DNA from: a virus
Direction: 5' to 3' (one strand)
Virus record (IMG/VR): IMGVR_UViG_3300032296_002019
Span: 35,489 to 99,488 of that record
DNA length: 64,000 bases
Shown: in pieces, positions 44,646 to 55,025 of the stretch
How positions within the stretch are numbered: the first letter of the stretch is position 1
Layout of the letters: every line of letters starts with the position of its first letter
Notes under the pieces: model-generated
Databases searched by the model: none
Told to the model about the DNA's origin: nothing
Seen by the model: only the letters and a program-made list of their open reading frames with translations
Translations under genes and position numbers: made by a program

Positions 44646-45134
44646 TTAGAAATTCAAAATCATACCGGAATTTCCTAAAGTCATTTCAATTGTGGTGTAT
44701 GCATCCAATGACCAGTCCCAGTCACCGAAGGAAGACACACTTTTAATGAAAGCCTTCTTAATTACCCACTCATTTACTACGTTACCGACAGGATCGATGG
44801 CATTGAAAGTGATGTCTTTCCAGTAGAAGTCACCATAGCCAGCACGACCTGTTACAGTCTCGTATCCTAAACGAGCCCATTCCATTACTGCTTGGGCACC
44901 GGAAGGTGTTACTGGGTTGTACAAACTAAGAGTTACGTCATTCCACCTGCGCTTTGCACGGAATTTAACATAGCTGTTAATATTGTCAATGATTACTTCT
45001 CCATCGTCGTATCCAATTCCACCTACTTTTTTGATCAAGTAGGAAGGAATTCCGTCAATGTACATAATAAACCTGTGTTGGAGGATGGGTTCAAATAATG
45101 TACCCAACATTTCATCTGTACTAAGCAATGCCAT
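44646..45134 (-). CDS. tail tube protein (gp19-like)
   Basis: FEPILQHRF, WNDVTLSLYNP, VMEW, DPVGNVVNEW..KAF; follows sheath. Confidence 0.9.
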   Translation of the reverse strand: MALLSTDEMLGTLFEPILQHRFIMYIDGIPSYLIKKVGGIGYDDGEVIIDNINSYVKFRAKRRWNDVTLSLYNPVTPSGAQAVMEWARLGYETVTGRAGYGDFYWKDITFNAIDPVGNVVNEWVIKKAFIKSVSSFGDWDWSLDAYTTIEMTLGNSGMILNF

Positions 45135-45167
45135 TTTGTATTATTTTACTTTATTATAAATATTTGA

Positions 45168-47414
45168 TTATTGGAAACTTACTCCAGTTCCGGTGATGTT
45201 GAATTCCAACAAGATAAATTCGATGGACTTAACAGGAGATACGTAGATCTTACCTATAAGTTGGTTACGATCGATTACATCATTGGTATTTAAAGCATCA
45301 CTAATGTCTACTCTGAAGGCATACAGACCTTGACGGGACTGTACGTTCTCCATGTAAGGAGTTATGGCACTGATGAGTTTATTTCTGGTTGCTATTGTAT
45401 TGTTCTCGAACACATAGTTAACAGCTACTCCACTGATATACTCACGAAGATTGATTAACAACCTACGTACATTGATACGGTTAAGAGCTGTGTCCCTAAC
45501 TTGAAGAGTTTTTTGACCCCAGATTACTACTCCAGTGTTCTGGAATTTAGCGATTGGGTTTACCCTACCGTTGTAAAGAGCGTCCCTATCAGCCTTAGTA
45601 AGACGGATACGAGTGTCGATTGCACCTCCGAGACCGCCACGATTCAGACCAGCAGGAGCAAACCATTCAGCAGCTACTTTATCATTATAAGCATATGCCT
45701 GTGGTACTACAACTGTTGGAGGAACGTAGATATCTTTAGAGCTGTTGAGATCTCTTACTTTAACCCATGGGAAGTAAGTAGCACTGTAGCTAGAGTCTAG
45801 ACCAGCAGCGGTGGTTATAGCGGTAACAACTGATGCATTTAAACCAGTCAGGTCACGCAAGTATACACAATCGGTACGCTCTTCTGCAATGTTTTGAGCT
45901 ATTGCAGTTACTGCACCATGATACTCTTCTATAACACCAGGAAGAGCAAGAAGATCAAAATTGTACTGTTCTGTATTAGAAAGTATATTCAAAGCTTTTA
46001 TGTAAGAAGCGGCTCCACCTGCAGTAGCACTTGATAAGTCTAAACCAAACAAGTTAGATGCAGCTATTTTATCTCCTTTCTTCTTGATTACGGTATAGTT
46101 CATACCATCAGTACCCCCTTGGAAAGGAAGAATAAACTTGTTATCACCAGTTGGCTTAGTAAACGCTGCATTCAAACCTAATCCAGCTCCAGAAGGAATT
46201 GGGTTCAGGTAGTTCCAGTTATCAGAATTTGTGTAATCAAATCCAGAATAAGTTGCGCTAGAAGCACTGCTACTTAACAATATTGCAGGAGGCAGATTCT
46301 TACTGGTAAACCCTGTTATTGTTTCATACAAAGCAGCGTGCCCATTAGGATACAACTGAGGATGTGTTGCTTTATCTGCAACACCTTCAGCTACTTGTAC
46401 TCTAATATAGTTAGAATTATTTACAAAATCTCCGTATTCGATAACTCTTTGGAGAGTCTCATTGTATTCAGAGTATTTGTCACCAACTATCTTTCCAATA
46501 TATCTTGGAGAATCTGGATCTAAGTTTACTCCTACGAATTGTTCTAATATAGAAGGAATCCTATCAGTGTCATTCCACTGACGTACATATACGTCAAAGC
46601 TAGAATAATCTTCTGCTGTGGCTCCTTGACTAATGTTAGCTATAGCTACTTTTACGTCTTTATTTGTTTTGAAGCCATCAGACCTATGATGTAATTTGAA
46701 GAGCTGAACTCCACTATCAGAAAGAACCCATGGAGTGGCAGCATGATCATATCCACCAGCATTTGAACTAGTGAACACACAGTTACCACCACTAAATACT
46801 AAAGAACCGGAAATATCCACAGTACTATTAAGAACTCCACTAGAAGTGATAAAGTTGCTAAAAAGTAAATAAGGGAATATTGATCCAGTTTGATAGTTTT
46901 CGTCAGTTCCTATTACTTTAGAAATAAAGTTAGTAGCAGTAGGATTCAAAGAAGCACTAAAGGATGCTGACATGATTCCAGATCCAGATGTAGCAAAAAG
47001 TGTTGCACTGAATGAAGAAGACACTGGGCCTTTCATGGAACCTGAGATTCCTACGGTAGGAGTGTCGTTCTTAGTAGGATACAGTACAGAAATAATATAA
47101 GATCCGCTACAAATAGCTGCTAAAGGTCTAGAGGAACCGTAAAGAAATCCTCCGTTACCCAACACTCTTGTTACTTTTACATTATTTCCTGCCTGTAAAT
47201 AACTAAAGGCAGTTTGTGGGACATATGAGTTAGAGCTGTCTCCACCAAAAATGGAAGTAAACTGTCCATAGCTAGTTACATCAGTAGGAACAAAAGCAGG
47301 TCCTTTTTCGGTAGGGCCTACTAATGACAATCCAGTTTGAATAGTACCTTGGCTGTAATAACTCTGATCATTTTCGGAGGTATAGACTCCAGCAGAGAGA
47401 ATTTGTTCTGTCAT
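45168..47414 (-). CDS. contractile tail sheath protein
   Basis: SAGVYTSEND, GPTEKGPAFVP, YFPWV, WFAPAGLNRG, RVNPI, WGQKTL, RINVRRLL, IEFI. Confidence 0.96.
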   Translation of the reverse strand: MTEQILSAGVYTSENDQSYYSQGTIQTGLSLVGPTEKGPAFVPTDVTSYGQFTSIFGGDSSNSYVPQTAFSYLQAGNNVKVTRVLGNGGFLYGSSRPLAAICSGSYIISVLYPTKNDTPTVGISGSMKGPVSSSFSATLFATSGSGIMSASFSASLNPTATNFISKVIGTDENYQTGSIFPYLLFSNFITSSGVLNSTVDISGSLVFSGGNCVFTSSNAGGYDHAATPWVLSDSGVQLFKLHHRSDGFKTNKDVKVAIANISQGATAEDYSSFDVYVRQWNDTDRIPSILEQFVGVNLDPDSPRYIGKIVGDKYSEYNETLQRVIEYGDFVNNSNYIRVQVAEGVADKATHPQLYPNGHAALYETITGFTSKNLPPAILLSSSASSATYSGFDYTNSDNWNYLNPIPSGAGLGLNAAFTKPTGDNKFILPFQGGTDGMNYTVIKKKGDKIAASNLFGLDLSSATAGGAASYIKALNILSNTEQYNFDLLALPGVIEEYHGAVTAIAQNIAEERTDCVYLRDLTGLNASVVTAITTAAGLDSSYSATYFPWVKVRDLNSSKDIYVPPTVVVPQAYAYNDKVAAEWFAPAGLNRGGLGGAIDTRIRLTKADRDALYNGRVNPIAKFQNTGVVIWGQKTLQVRDTALNRINVRRLLINLREYISGVAVNYVFENNTIATRNKLISAITPYMENVQSRQGLYAFRVDISDALNTNDVIDRNQLIGKIYVSPVKSIEFILLEFNITGTGVSFQ

Positions 47415-47494
47415 TTTCTATTAAGTTTGAAAATATTATGTATTGATACGTTAATAAATATCAATATTTTCTAGCAAAAATGACAAAAACAATT

Positions 47495-47764
47495 CTAGAG
47501 TAGTTCTATTTTTCCGGATTCTATGTCTATTTTACCTTCTCCGTACTTTTCTAGAAGTCTATTGGTAATTTCTGTTTCTTTTGTGTTTAACTTTTCGTAG
47601 TCAGAGAGTAAAAATTCTTTCTCTTTTAGCAATTCAACCTTCTTTTTATCTAAAAGTCCAATTTTTACTTCTGTCTCTCCTATTGAAGATATAACACTAT
47701 TAAAACTTTTGTTTAAATCTTTTAATTCGTTAATTTCCTGTGCGGTAAGCATTTTTTCTGCCAT
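47495..47764 (-). CDS. small coiled-coil protein
   Basis: Coiled coil ending EKYGEGKIDIESG. Confidence 0.65.
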   Translation of the reverse strand: MAEKMLTAQEINELKDLNKSFNSVISSIGETEVKIGLLDKKKVELLKEKEFLLSDYEKLNTKETEITNRLLEKYGEGKIDIESGKIELL

Positions 47765-47774
47765 ATATAACTTT

Positions 47775-48008
47775 TTATACTTCCCATTTAGCTAATGGAC
47801 AAGCTTCTTTCCCTGGTAGGGGGGAGAATATTTTCTTTTCTAAAGGACATCCACACTTGCCACAATAGTGATAATTTAAAATTTCACTTATTTTATTCTC
47901 TTCACAAGTGTCACAAATCTTTATTCTACTCTCAGCCCTTTCTTTCTCATCTGCAGAAGGGTTGGCAGCAGAAATCCAAGCCGTAGCTATTTCTACTAAC
48001 TTATTCAC
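47775..48008 (-). CDS. Cys-rich small protein (DUF6171-like)
   Basis: R..ICDTC...CGKCGC...K...CPLAKW. Confidence 0.7.
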   Translation of the reverse strand: MNKLVEIATAWISAANPSADEKERAESRIKICDTCEENKISEILNYHYCGKCGCPLEKKIFSPLPGKEACPLAKWEV

Positions 48009-48017
48009 CCTTTATTC

Positions 48018-48299
48018 TTATTTAGATTTTTTAGCGTCAGATTTCTTAGCGGAAGTTTTTGCTTTTGGTTTTGACTTCTTAACCACTTCTTTTTGTACTA
48101 CTTCTTCTTTTGGTTCTTCTACCTTAGCTGGCTCAGTCGCTAATTGAGTTCCTTCTTTAATTCCCTCTGGGAACTCTACGTCAATTCTTAAATCTGGTTT
48201 AGATTGAACCTCTGGTTCTACGTTCTTAGACTTTTTAACTGATAAATAAACTACGACAGCTACAGCTGCTGCTAAAAGAAGAATAACTACTAAATTCAT
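48018..48299 (-). CDS. membrane-anchored Lys/Glu-rich protein
   Basis: N-terminal TM and lysine-rich basic tail. Confidence 0.65.
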   Translation of the reverse strand: MNLVVILLLAAAVAVVVYLSVKKSKNVEPEVQSKPDLRIDVEFPEGIKEGTQLATEPAKVEEPKEEVVQKEVVKKSKPKAKTSAKKSDAKKSK

Positions 48300-48368
48300 A
48301 ATTTAAATTTTTGTTCTATTATAAATATATGCAAATATATACTTTTGTATATAAATTTTATATTTTTT

Positions 48369-51300
48369 TTATTCTATTCTGGATTTTACTCCTAAAATAG
48401 CATCAAATTTTACGAATATACCATTTACTGGTTCTTCAAAAGAAGCATCTGTATACCCAGCTACTCCTATTTGTCCTCCCCCTAAATAGAATACAGTAGT
48501 TCCATTTTCATTACCTGCGGTACCTATTTGATATTTTTTATAGGTTCCATCAGATAAATCTAAAATACCTAAAAACATATCTGTATTTCCGTAAGATTGT
48601 CCACCATCTGAGAAAGGACCTAAAGTCTTTCCTGTTATAACTATCCTTCCGTCTGGTAATAGGCAGGATGGTTTCCCGTCTTGAGACAGAAACTCATCTT
48701 CATCGCTACCTGCTTGAAAAGAAGCAGTGGCCCATGTATTTGTGTTGTAGTTAAATTTTATTACTCCTATATCAAATCCTCCAGCAGAAGTAGATGTTCC
48801 AACTGAATCTGCTGTTTCATACACAATAGCTAATTCGTTATTTCCCAGATCGTGAACATTAACTCCTCTATCATTTAAAATAGAACCATAACTAAAGTAT
48901 CTCCTATTATCATTTATTGGATTATATATCCCAAGAAATATATCGTATCCCCCAAAACTAGAAGTAGCAAAAGTTCCTATACTCCTTCCGACGAAAGCTA
49001 TACTACCACTTCCATCATTTAATTCTGTACAAGCGTATATTTCTTCATCTTGAGATGATCCAGATTGGTAGAATTCAAAACTTTCTGTCTCAGGATCAAA
49101 AACAGCTAAGCAATAGTCATATATACCAGAACCTCCTAAGTTATAAAAAGCAATATCTCCAGAAGATTGTCCTGCGACAAATACTTTATTGCTACCTGTC
49201 ATGAGTAAAAGATCGTATCCAAAATAGTTTCCATCATCAGCAGTCCCATCTCCAGAAGTTCCTACTTGGTAAAAAGTAAAATTGTCGTCTACATATTCAG
49301 GTCCTGCATTACACACAGAATTATGAGCTTTGTGTTCTTCTGTGTTTTTGTGTGTTTGTAGAGTATCTAAATCTAGTTTAGCTATAAACATATCATAGGA
49401 TACTCCTCCATCATATATTTCTTCAGAATATTGGAGATTTTGACTTGTATAACTTTGAGAAGCTCTTGTTACTGATCCAACAACATCAGAAAGGGCACTT
49501 ATGGTAGATAGAGACCCGCTACTAAACAATACTGAAATAGAACTGCTTTTATATTGCATTTCAAGTCCGGCATATCCTTCCAAATGGTAATTACCAGTAC
49601 CGAATCCAGTATTTGAACTTCTGAATAAAAAAGTCCTTCTTCCATTAGTATGGGATTCTGACCATCCTACACTTAAAAGATTGTCTTGAGTAACATCATT
49701 TACTGTGGATAACAATCTATCATTCCCCATGTGCCCTAAAGTATTAGACCACAATCTATCTCCATTATAATCAAATTTAGCTATAATAGCATCATCTAAT
49801 CCCTCTCCTTCTGCTGAAGCAGATGTATATCCTATTACATAGGTTGATAAGCTAGAAGTAGGAGAAGTTGTATATAAAGTATTAGTAAGAGACGCTATAG
49901 AAGAAGAAGCGATAGTTCTTGCCCATAATCTAGAGGCTTGAAATGTCCCTATTCCATCATCATCTACTACTATCTTAGTTATAAAACCATCAGCACCGTT
50001 ATTACCAACTATATGGTATTTGGGGCCTAATCCAGAACCCAAAGTGTTTCCCACTCCAGCCTCTGTATTTTTTATATCAAAGGCCTCGAAAGCCTTAGTT
50101 GTAGAACTAACTACATTAATAGTTCCAGACATCCCTGAATGGATTTGACAAATGTAGTATAAAGTACTTGGAGCTGTATCAGATACCTCCCAGATTATAG
50201 ATCCGCTACTTGTACCGTTGTTTGTAACTCCAACATTATAAGCACTTCCAGTACCTGTTACTTGAGCAGTTTTTATCCAAAAAGGATGCCCAGTAGCATT
50301 TACATTAAATACATATGTAGCTCCTCTTACAACAGTTAGAGTGGGATCTGTTTGATCAACAAAACCTCCGCCATTAAATACATAGTTGTTGAGACCTTGA
50401 TTGGTTACAGTATATGTGGATCCAGTAGGAATACTTCCACTAGAAAAGGTATACATCCACTTTAACATGTCACCAGTAGCTAAAACTTCTGCTTTAGCAA
50501 ATTTAGCTTGAGATATAGATCCAGAAGTTTTTCCTGCTAACAGGAAATATCCTTGTTCGGAATCAGATTTTCTTACTTTATTTACTATAAAATTAGATAT
50601 AAAATTTTGTTCAACAATGCTTCCTGTAGTATCTAAAATTGTTATAGTAGTTGAAGATCCGCTTACTATAGGAACAACAATATATTCTTGAGAAGATTTA
50701 GCTACTGTAGCTATAGAAGTGGCATAGTTTTCACTATTACTACTGCTATATAAATTAGAAAATAGTAAACTTCCTGTTGAATCAAATTTTATAACTAAAG
50801 CCTTCCCTCCACTTTTACCAGCTATGTAAGAATTATTATTAGAATCTACTGTAATTCCATACATAGAATTTGTCGCAAAAGAATTATTAGATATGTCTCT
50901 TTGCCATACTAAATCTAAATTAGCGTCATATTTGGCAGCTACTACTCTATCCCCTGTTATATGATTTCCTACTATGTATTGACTACCGCTGATGTCTGTT
51001 GACACATCTCTCCATTCCAGAAAGTTATCACCGTCAATTAATCCTCTACCAAAAGCATGTATTTTAATATCTTTTTTACTTGCTAGATATCCTCTTGTAT
51101 ACCCAGTCATCCATAAACACCTTCTCTGTGTATCTTCCACTATCCCTGTAAAATAATCAATATCGGAAGTTCCGGCTGCATAGTATTCTACATCTCCTCC
51201 ATCTTCCGGGTATACAGCCAATAACAAATCCGCTCCTCCTTTATTATCTTCGTTACTTTCTATGTTTCCAACTAAAATAGTTCTTCCATCTTGTAGTTTA

Positions 51301-52841
51301 GTTCCAGCATAAAAATACTCTTTTCCCCCTATATGAGTTTCATGTTGGTCAAAAAACTTAGGAGATGCTATATCGTATTTAAGTACCTGATAAGCTTCAT
51401 CTACACTTTGAGGCTCTGACCCAGTTTGAAATACCAAAGACCCATCTAACTTAGTATATTTTAAATACCCAGGAGATAGTGCATTTTTTAATTGAAATCC
51501 ATAACTTGAAGTAATATAGCTTATATGTTCATATCCTGTAAAAACGGCTCCATCAGAAAAGCTATATATACCAGATCCGGAATAAGTTCCTGATCCCGTT
51601 ATATTACCTGATATTAAAGTATAGAATAAATTATCTTGTGGATTATAATTAAATCCGTGTATTCTTAAAACTTCCTGAGTTCCATTAGTTACTATATCAC
51701 CTTGTTTAACCCACGCACTGCTGGACAATTTATAGTAACCAACACACCCAGCATTTACGTCACTAACTACAGCATTTAATTCATTATTAGCGGTTGTCAA
51801 ATGACAATCTGGTTGAAAATTAGATCCTGTTAAAAGAGTTGTTACAACTATGTCTCCTGTAGAAACACTAGTTGCTGAAGGAAAGCTCCAAATATTTAAA
51901 TTAAATTTAGATCCTGAAGTGTATATTACAGGTACATATACATTAGATCCTAACAGAGCTCCTACACTTGCTCTTAAAGGAGGCTTTTCATATCTAGCAG
52001 AGGCCACACTAAAAGTAGGAGCTGCTAAATCATAAGCTCCGTGATTAATCTCAGAAGTAAAAGAACCGTTAGCCAGTACATAAGTTCTGCTAAACACTTC
52101 CCATTTAGAAGAACTAGCAGCTATATAAAAAGCATGAAACTTATCAGAAGTACCAGGTATAATTCCAGCTATTTGATAATTTTTTGTTGTGCTACTACCT
52201 AATTCTATATCATTATGAGAGTTGTGCGCACCTCCTACAGAAGGTTGGTGTATTCTAGCTAATACTTGTAAATAGTTTGTGCCCATGTTGGACACCTGTA
52301 TCGGTTGTAAATATGCAAATCTCTTGTCAGATTCGTTAATATATGTATAACCTGCTTGTGCTATCCTAGCGCTATCATAGCTGGCATATACGTTAGGAGA
52401 GTGTTGATGGTATTGATAATAGTCCCACTCTCCTCCCCCTACAGATAATTTAAAAGCTCTATCCCAATATCCTGGAGTATCTCCTGCAGACAATGCGCCT
52501 ATATGATAGAAGTAAAAAGCATCTTCCTCTTGAGCTAGTGTAATATCATTAATTCCAGGACCTATTCTTGTGATAGTAGATCCGTGAAATATCCTTTGCC
52601 TATTTAAACTTTCAGTAGCTAAAGGTATAGTACCTTCCATAGTTAGAGTTTCCCCTTCTACTGTAGTAAGTTGGGTGCCCCAACGATATGGAACTATCTT
52701 TCCTGGTATAGTACTATTAGCAGAGCTAGCTGAATAATAAAACCAATAGCCAGAACTTAATCCCGCATTAGAAGGCAAGTTTAGATAATAATTTGATTTA
52801 TTATTTAAATTAACGCTTTGAGATATATTAGTTATTGGCAT
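48369..52841 (-). CDS. large beta-propeller-repeat protein with inserted cupredoxin-like domain (putative virion appendage)
   Basis: Repeats like GGYDIFLGIY, GNTDMFLG, DDAIIAKFDYNG; insert GHPFWI...YYICQIHSGMSGTI. Confidence 0.7.
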   Translation of the reverse strand: MPITNISQSVNLNNKSNYYLNLPSNAGLSSGYWFYYSASSANSTIPGKIVPYRWGTQLTTVEGETLTMEGTIPLATESLNRQRIFHGSTITRIGPGINDITLAQEEDAFYFYHIGALSAGDTPGYWDRAFKLSVGGGEWDYYQYHQHSPNVYASYDSARIAQAGYTYINESDKRFAYLQPIQVSNMGTNYLQVLARIHQPSVGGAHNSHNDIELGSSTTKNYQIAGIIPGTSDKFHAFYIAASSSKWEVFSRTYVLANGSFTSEINHGAYDLAAPTFSVASARYEKPPLRASVGALLGSNVYVPVIYTSGSKFNLNIWSFPSATSVSTGDIVVTTLLTGSNFQPDCHLTTANNELNAVVSDVNAGCVGYYKLSSSAWVKQGDIVTNGTQEVLRIHGFNYNPQDNLFYTLISGNITGSGTYSGSGIYSFSDGAVFTGYEHISYITSSYGFQLKNALSPGYLKYTKLDGSLVFQTGSEPQSVDEAYQVLKYDIASPKFFDQHETHIGGKEYFYAGTKLQDGRTILVGNIESNEDNKGGADLLLAVYPEDGGDVEYYAAGTSDIDYFTGIVEDTQRRCLWMTGYTRGYLASKKDIKIHAFGRGLIDGDNFLEWRDVSTDISGSQYIVGNHITGDRVVAAKYDANLDLVWQRDISNNSFATNSMYGITVDSNNNSYIAGKSGGKALVIKFDSTGSLLFSNLYSSSNSENYATSIATVAKSSQEYIVVPIVSGSSTTITILDTTGSIVEQNFISNFIVNKVRKSDSEQGYFLLAGKTSGSISQAKFAKAEVLATGDMLKWMYTFSSGSIPTGSTYTVTNQGLNNYVFNGGGFVDQTDPTLTVVRGATYVFNVNATGHPFWIKTAQVTGTGSAYNVGVTNNGTSSGSIIWEVSDTAPSTLYYICQIHSGMSGTINVVSSTTKAFEAFDIKNTEAGVGNTLGSGLGPKYHIVGNNGADGFITKIVVDDDGIGTFQASRLWARTIASSSIASLTNTLYTTSPTSSLSTYVIGYTSASAEGEGLDDAIIAKFDYNGDRLWSNTLGHMGNDRLLSTVNDVTQDNLLSVGWSESHTNGRRTFLFRSSNTGFGTGNYHLEGYAGLEMQYKSSSISVLFSSGSLSTISALSDVVGSVTRASQSYTSQNLQYSEEIYDGGVSYDMFIAKLDLDTLQTHKNTEEHKAHNSVCNAGPEYVDDNFTFYQVGTSGDGTADDGNYFGYDLLLMTGSNKVFVAGQSSGDIAFYNLGGSGIYDYCLAVFDPETESFEFYQSGSSQDEEIYACTELNDGSGSIAFVGRSIGTFATSSFGGYDIFLGIYNPINDNRRYFSYGSILNDRGVNVHDLGNNELAIVYETADSVGTSTSAGGFDIGVIKFNYNTNTWATASFQAGSDEDEFLSQDGKPSCLLPDGRIVITGKTLGPFSDGGQSYGNTDMFLGILDLSDGTYKKYQIGTAGNENGTTVFYLGGGQIGVAGYTDASFEEPVNGIFVKFDAILGVKSRIE

Positions 52842-52989
52842 CTTCTCTACATTTACATTTATTACATTTCTTACCAGACCATTGATAATATTTAAATTTT
52901 ATCCATTTTGCTGCTTTGGTAAAACCAAATATTCCGATAGCCCATGCTAAAAAATAAACTACAGTTGATATTATACAAATAGGACACAT
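52828..52989 (-). CDS. 53-aa Cys-rich membrane peptide (missing from ORF track)
   Basis: MCPICIISTVVYFLAWAIGIFGFTKAAKWIKFKYYQWSGKKCNKCKCREDANN*; exactly fills the gap between neighbours. Confidence 0.65.
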   Translation of the reverse strand: MCPICIISTVVYFLAWAIGIFGFTKAAKWIKFKYYQWSGKKCNKCKCREDANN

Positions 52990-52990
52990 T

Positions 52991-53680
52991 TTAGTATGAT
53001 ATAGCTTGTGAATCTAACCATGTGTGATCTTCATTTACTGTGCTCCACTGAGATAGTTCTTTTTGAATAAACATAGGGCCGCAATTAGTGTCTACTATGT
53101 GTATTATATTTTTTTTTGATTTATTAGGATTTAAAATGCCTTCTAAATTATTAAAGAAATTAATATAAGATTCCTCACTATACGATGTTAAAACATCTTC
53201 AGTTATAACATAGTCAAAGTAATATACCCCTGTTTCTTGTCTGATTAAATCTACAAAATTAGAATCTAATAAATCAATATTATGAATAGGATAAGAAGCT
53301 TCTGTATCTATGTTTAGTTGTATATATGGAGAATTGTCACATCCCCAAACATTCATTCTTTTATCAGCTAGATGTTCCATTAAATAACCAAATCCACACC
53401 CACCAACAAATATCTTACTGCCTACTGGTATATTTAAAGTATTAATTAAATTTTCTGCCCTGTGTTTGAAAATAGGATCTTTTTCAAAAAATAATTTTGA
53501 ATAAGTAATCATCTCATCCTCAAAAGCACAAATACAAGAAGCCCTCCCACATTCATGCTGAGTGTCGTGAAAATGGCCGTGTTCATCAATGCCATCTTCA
53601 CAATCACTCAAATGCGGCATATAGTGGTATTTACTATACGCTTTTTCAAATCCTTCTAAATCCCAATTATATATCTTCAT
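52991..53680 (-). CDS. class I SAM-dependent methyltransferase-like protein with His/Cys-rich N-terminus
   Basis: IFVGGCGFGYL, VWGCDNS, FDYVITEDVL; N-terminal H..DC..HGHFH..HEC..CIC. Confidence 0.7.
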   Translation of the reverse strand: MKIYNWDLEGFEKAYSKYHYMPHLSDCEDGIDEHGHFHDTQHECGRASCICAFEDEMITYSKLFFEKDPIFKHRAENLINTLNIPVGSKIFVGGCGFGYLMEHLADKRMNVWGCDNSPYIQLNIDTEASYPIHNIDLLDSNFVDLIRQETGVYYFDYVITEDVLTSYSEESYINFFNNLEGILNPNKSKKNIIHIVDTNCGPMFIQKELSQWSTVNEDHTWLDSQAISY

Positions 53681-54045
53681 TATCCTGATATTGGTATACC
53701 TGGTCTAAAAACTAAATCTGTACTATTAATAGCAAATCCTACATATAAAGATCTTACTGTAGATGTTGGAAATGGAGGAGTAGATACCAAACTACCATCA
53801 GACCCTAAGAAATAAGGAGATCCGGCAGCTAGAGAAGTCAGTCCTGTAACAACACCTTCGGCATAATATATGCCTCCTACTTTTAGTAGGACAGCATTTA
53901 GTTGAGACACACTATCTGTATTTGCAGCATTTGTTACAGTATTTTCTCCATTCACTCTAACCAACTTTCCATTGGTACCTCCAGTTAGTCCCGGAACTGT
54001 TATAGCAGTGCTTGTTATTGTACTTGTTGATTTTATAAAAGGCAT
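53680..54045 (-). CDS. small structural (decoration/fibre-like) protein
   Basis: GVVTGLTSLAAGSPYFLGSDG..VGFAINSTDL. Confidence 0.55.
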   Translation of the reverse strand: MPFIKSTSTITSTAITVPGLTGGTNGKLVRVNGENTVTNAANTDSVSQLNAVLLKVGGIYYAEGVVTGLTSLAAGSPYFLGSDGSLVSTPPFPTSTVRSLYVGFAINSTDLVFRPGIPISG

Positions 54046-54057
54046 ATCTTATATTTT

Positions 54058-55014
54058 TTATACTCCTAATCTAATTAACTCAAAAAAACTATCGGTTGTT
54101 ATAGTGCCTATTCCCCCACTTTCTTTAGCAAAAACTTGTATGTAACTTCCAGAAGCTAAGCTGTAAACATTATCAAAATCTAAAGAATCATTCGGACTTA
54201 AGGAAGAACTAGCATATGAAGTATTGTCTATTCTTAAATCTATAGTATAAGAATTATTGCTTCCTAATGTACTCGCTTTAAAATAACTTTTTAATCTATA
54301 ATAACCATTAGTATATATTTTTGCTTTGGATGAGTCACTTATACTCCAATACGAGTTTCCGTTTATATCTGCGTTTGTATTGAATTGTGCGCTATCCCAT
54401 GTTATGGCAGAAAAAGAGGCTAATAAAGATTCTTCAGACGTTAAATTTAATTTTAGACCGCTAAATTTAGTAGCAGTAGATTGTGCTGATCCTATAGTAT
54501 CTCCTATGTTTTGAATTTCAAAAAAAGATCCAGCTACTATATCCCCTACTCCATCTGTTTCGGAAGCATATAATTCTACATAATCTCCAGATACTAATTC
54601 TAAAATTTCATCATATGTTACCGATTGATTGGCTCCCGCAATTGTAGTAGTTATTGTTGTACTACCGTTTTTCTTAACTGTAAAAGTATAGGAAGCGCCG
54701 CTACCCAAAGACCCTGCTAATACCAATAAATTAATTCTATAAAACCCTGGTCTACTGATATTAAGTTTGGTAGGGCTTACCAAATTAAAATACTCTCCTA
54801 TATCAAAGGCTTCCGAATCAAAAGCAACAGCGGTTAGAGTAGATATTAAAGATTTGTTTGTATCTAATACTATTTTAGCCCCTAAAAATTCTTTTAAAGC
54901 ATCATCTCTATACACATTCCATATCCCTTTTGTAGAAATATATTGCCATACAATACCGTTATCGTCCGTGTATTGCTGCAAATTAGCGGGGTTTGATGGA
55001 AAGTTTAGTGCCAT
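54058..55014 (-). CDS. fibre/adhesin with two C1q-like domains
   Basis: N-terminal MALNFPSNP..QQYT..WQY; two repeats F/W-DS..G-F/Y-YR..L.SG-D/S-Y-V/I. Confidence 0.7.
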   Translation of the reverse strand: MALNFPSNPANLQQYTDDNGIVWQYISTKGIWNVYRDDALKEFLGAKIVLDTNKSLISTLTAVAFDSEAFDIGEYFNLVSPTKLNISRPGFYRINLLVLAGSLGSGASYTFTVKKNGSTTITTTIAGANQSVTYDEILELVSGDYVELYASETDGVGDIVAGSFFEIQNIGDTIGSAQSTATKFSGLKLNLTSEESLLASFSAITWDSAQFNTNADINGNSYWSISDSSKAKIYTNGYYRLKSYFKASTLGSNNSYTIDLRIDNTSYASSSLSPNDSLDFDNVYSLASGSYIQVFAKESGGIGTITTDSFFELIRLGV

Positions 55015-55025
55015 ATAGATAAATA

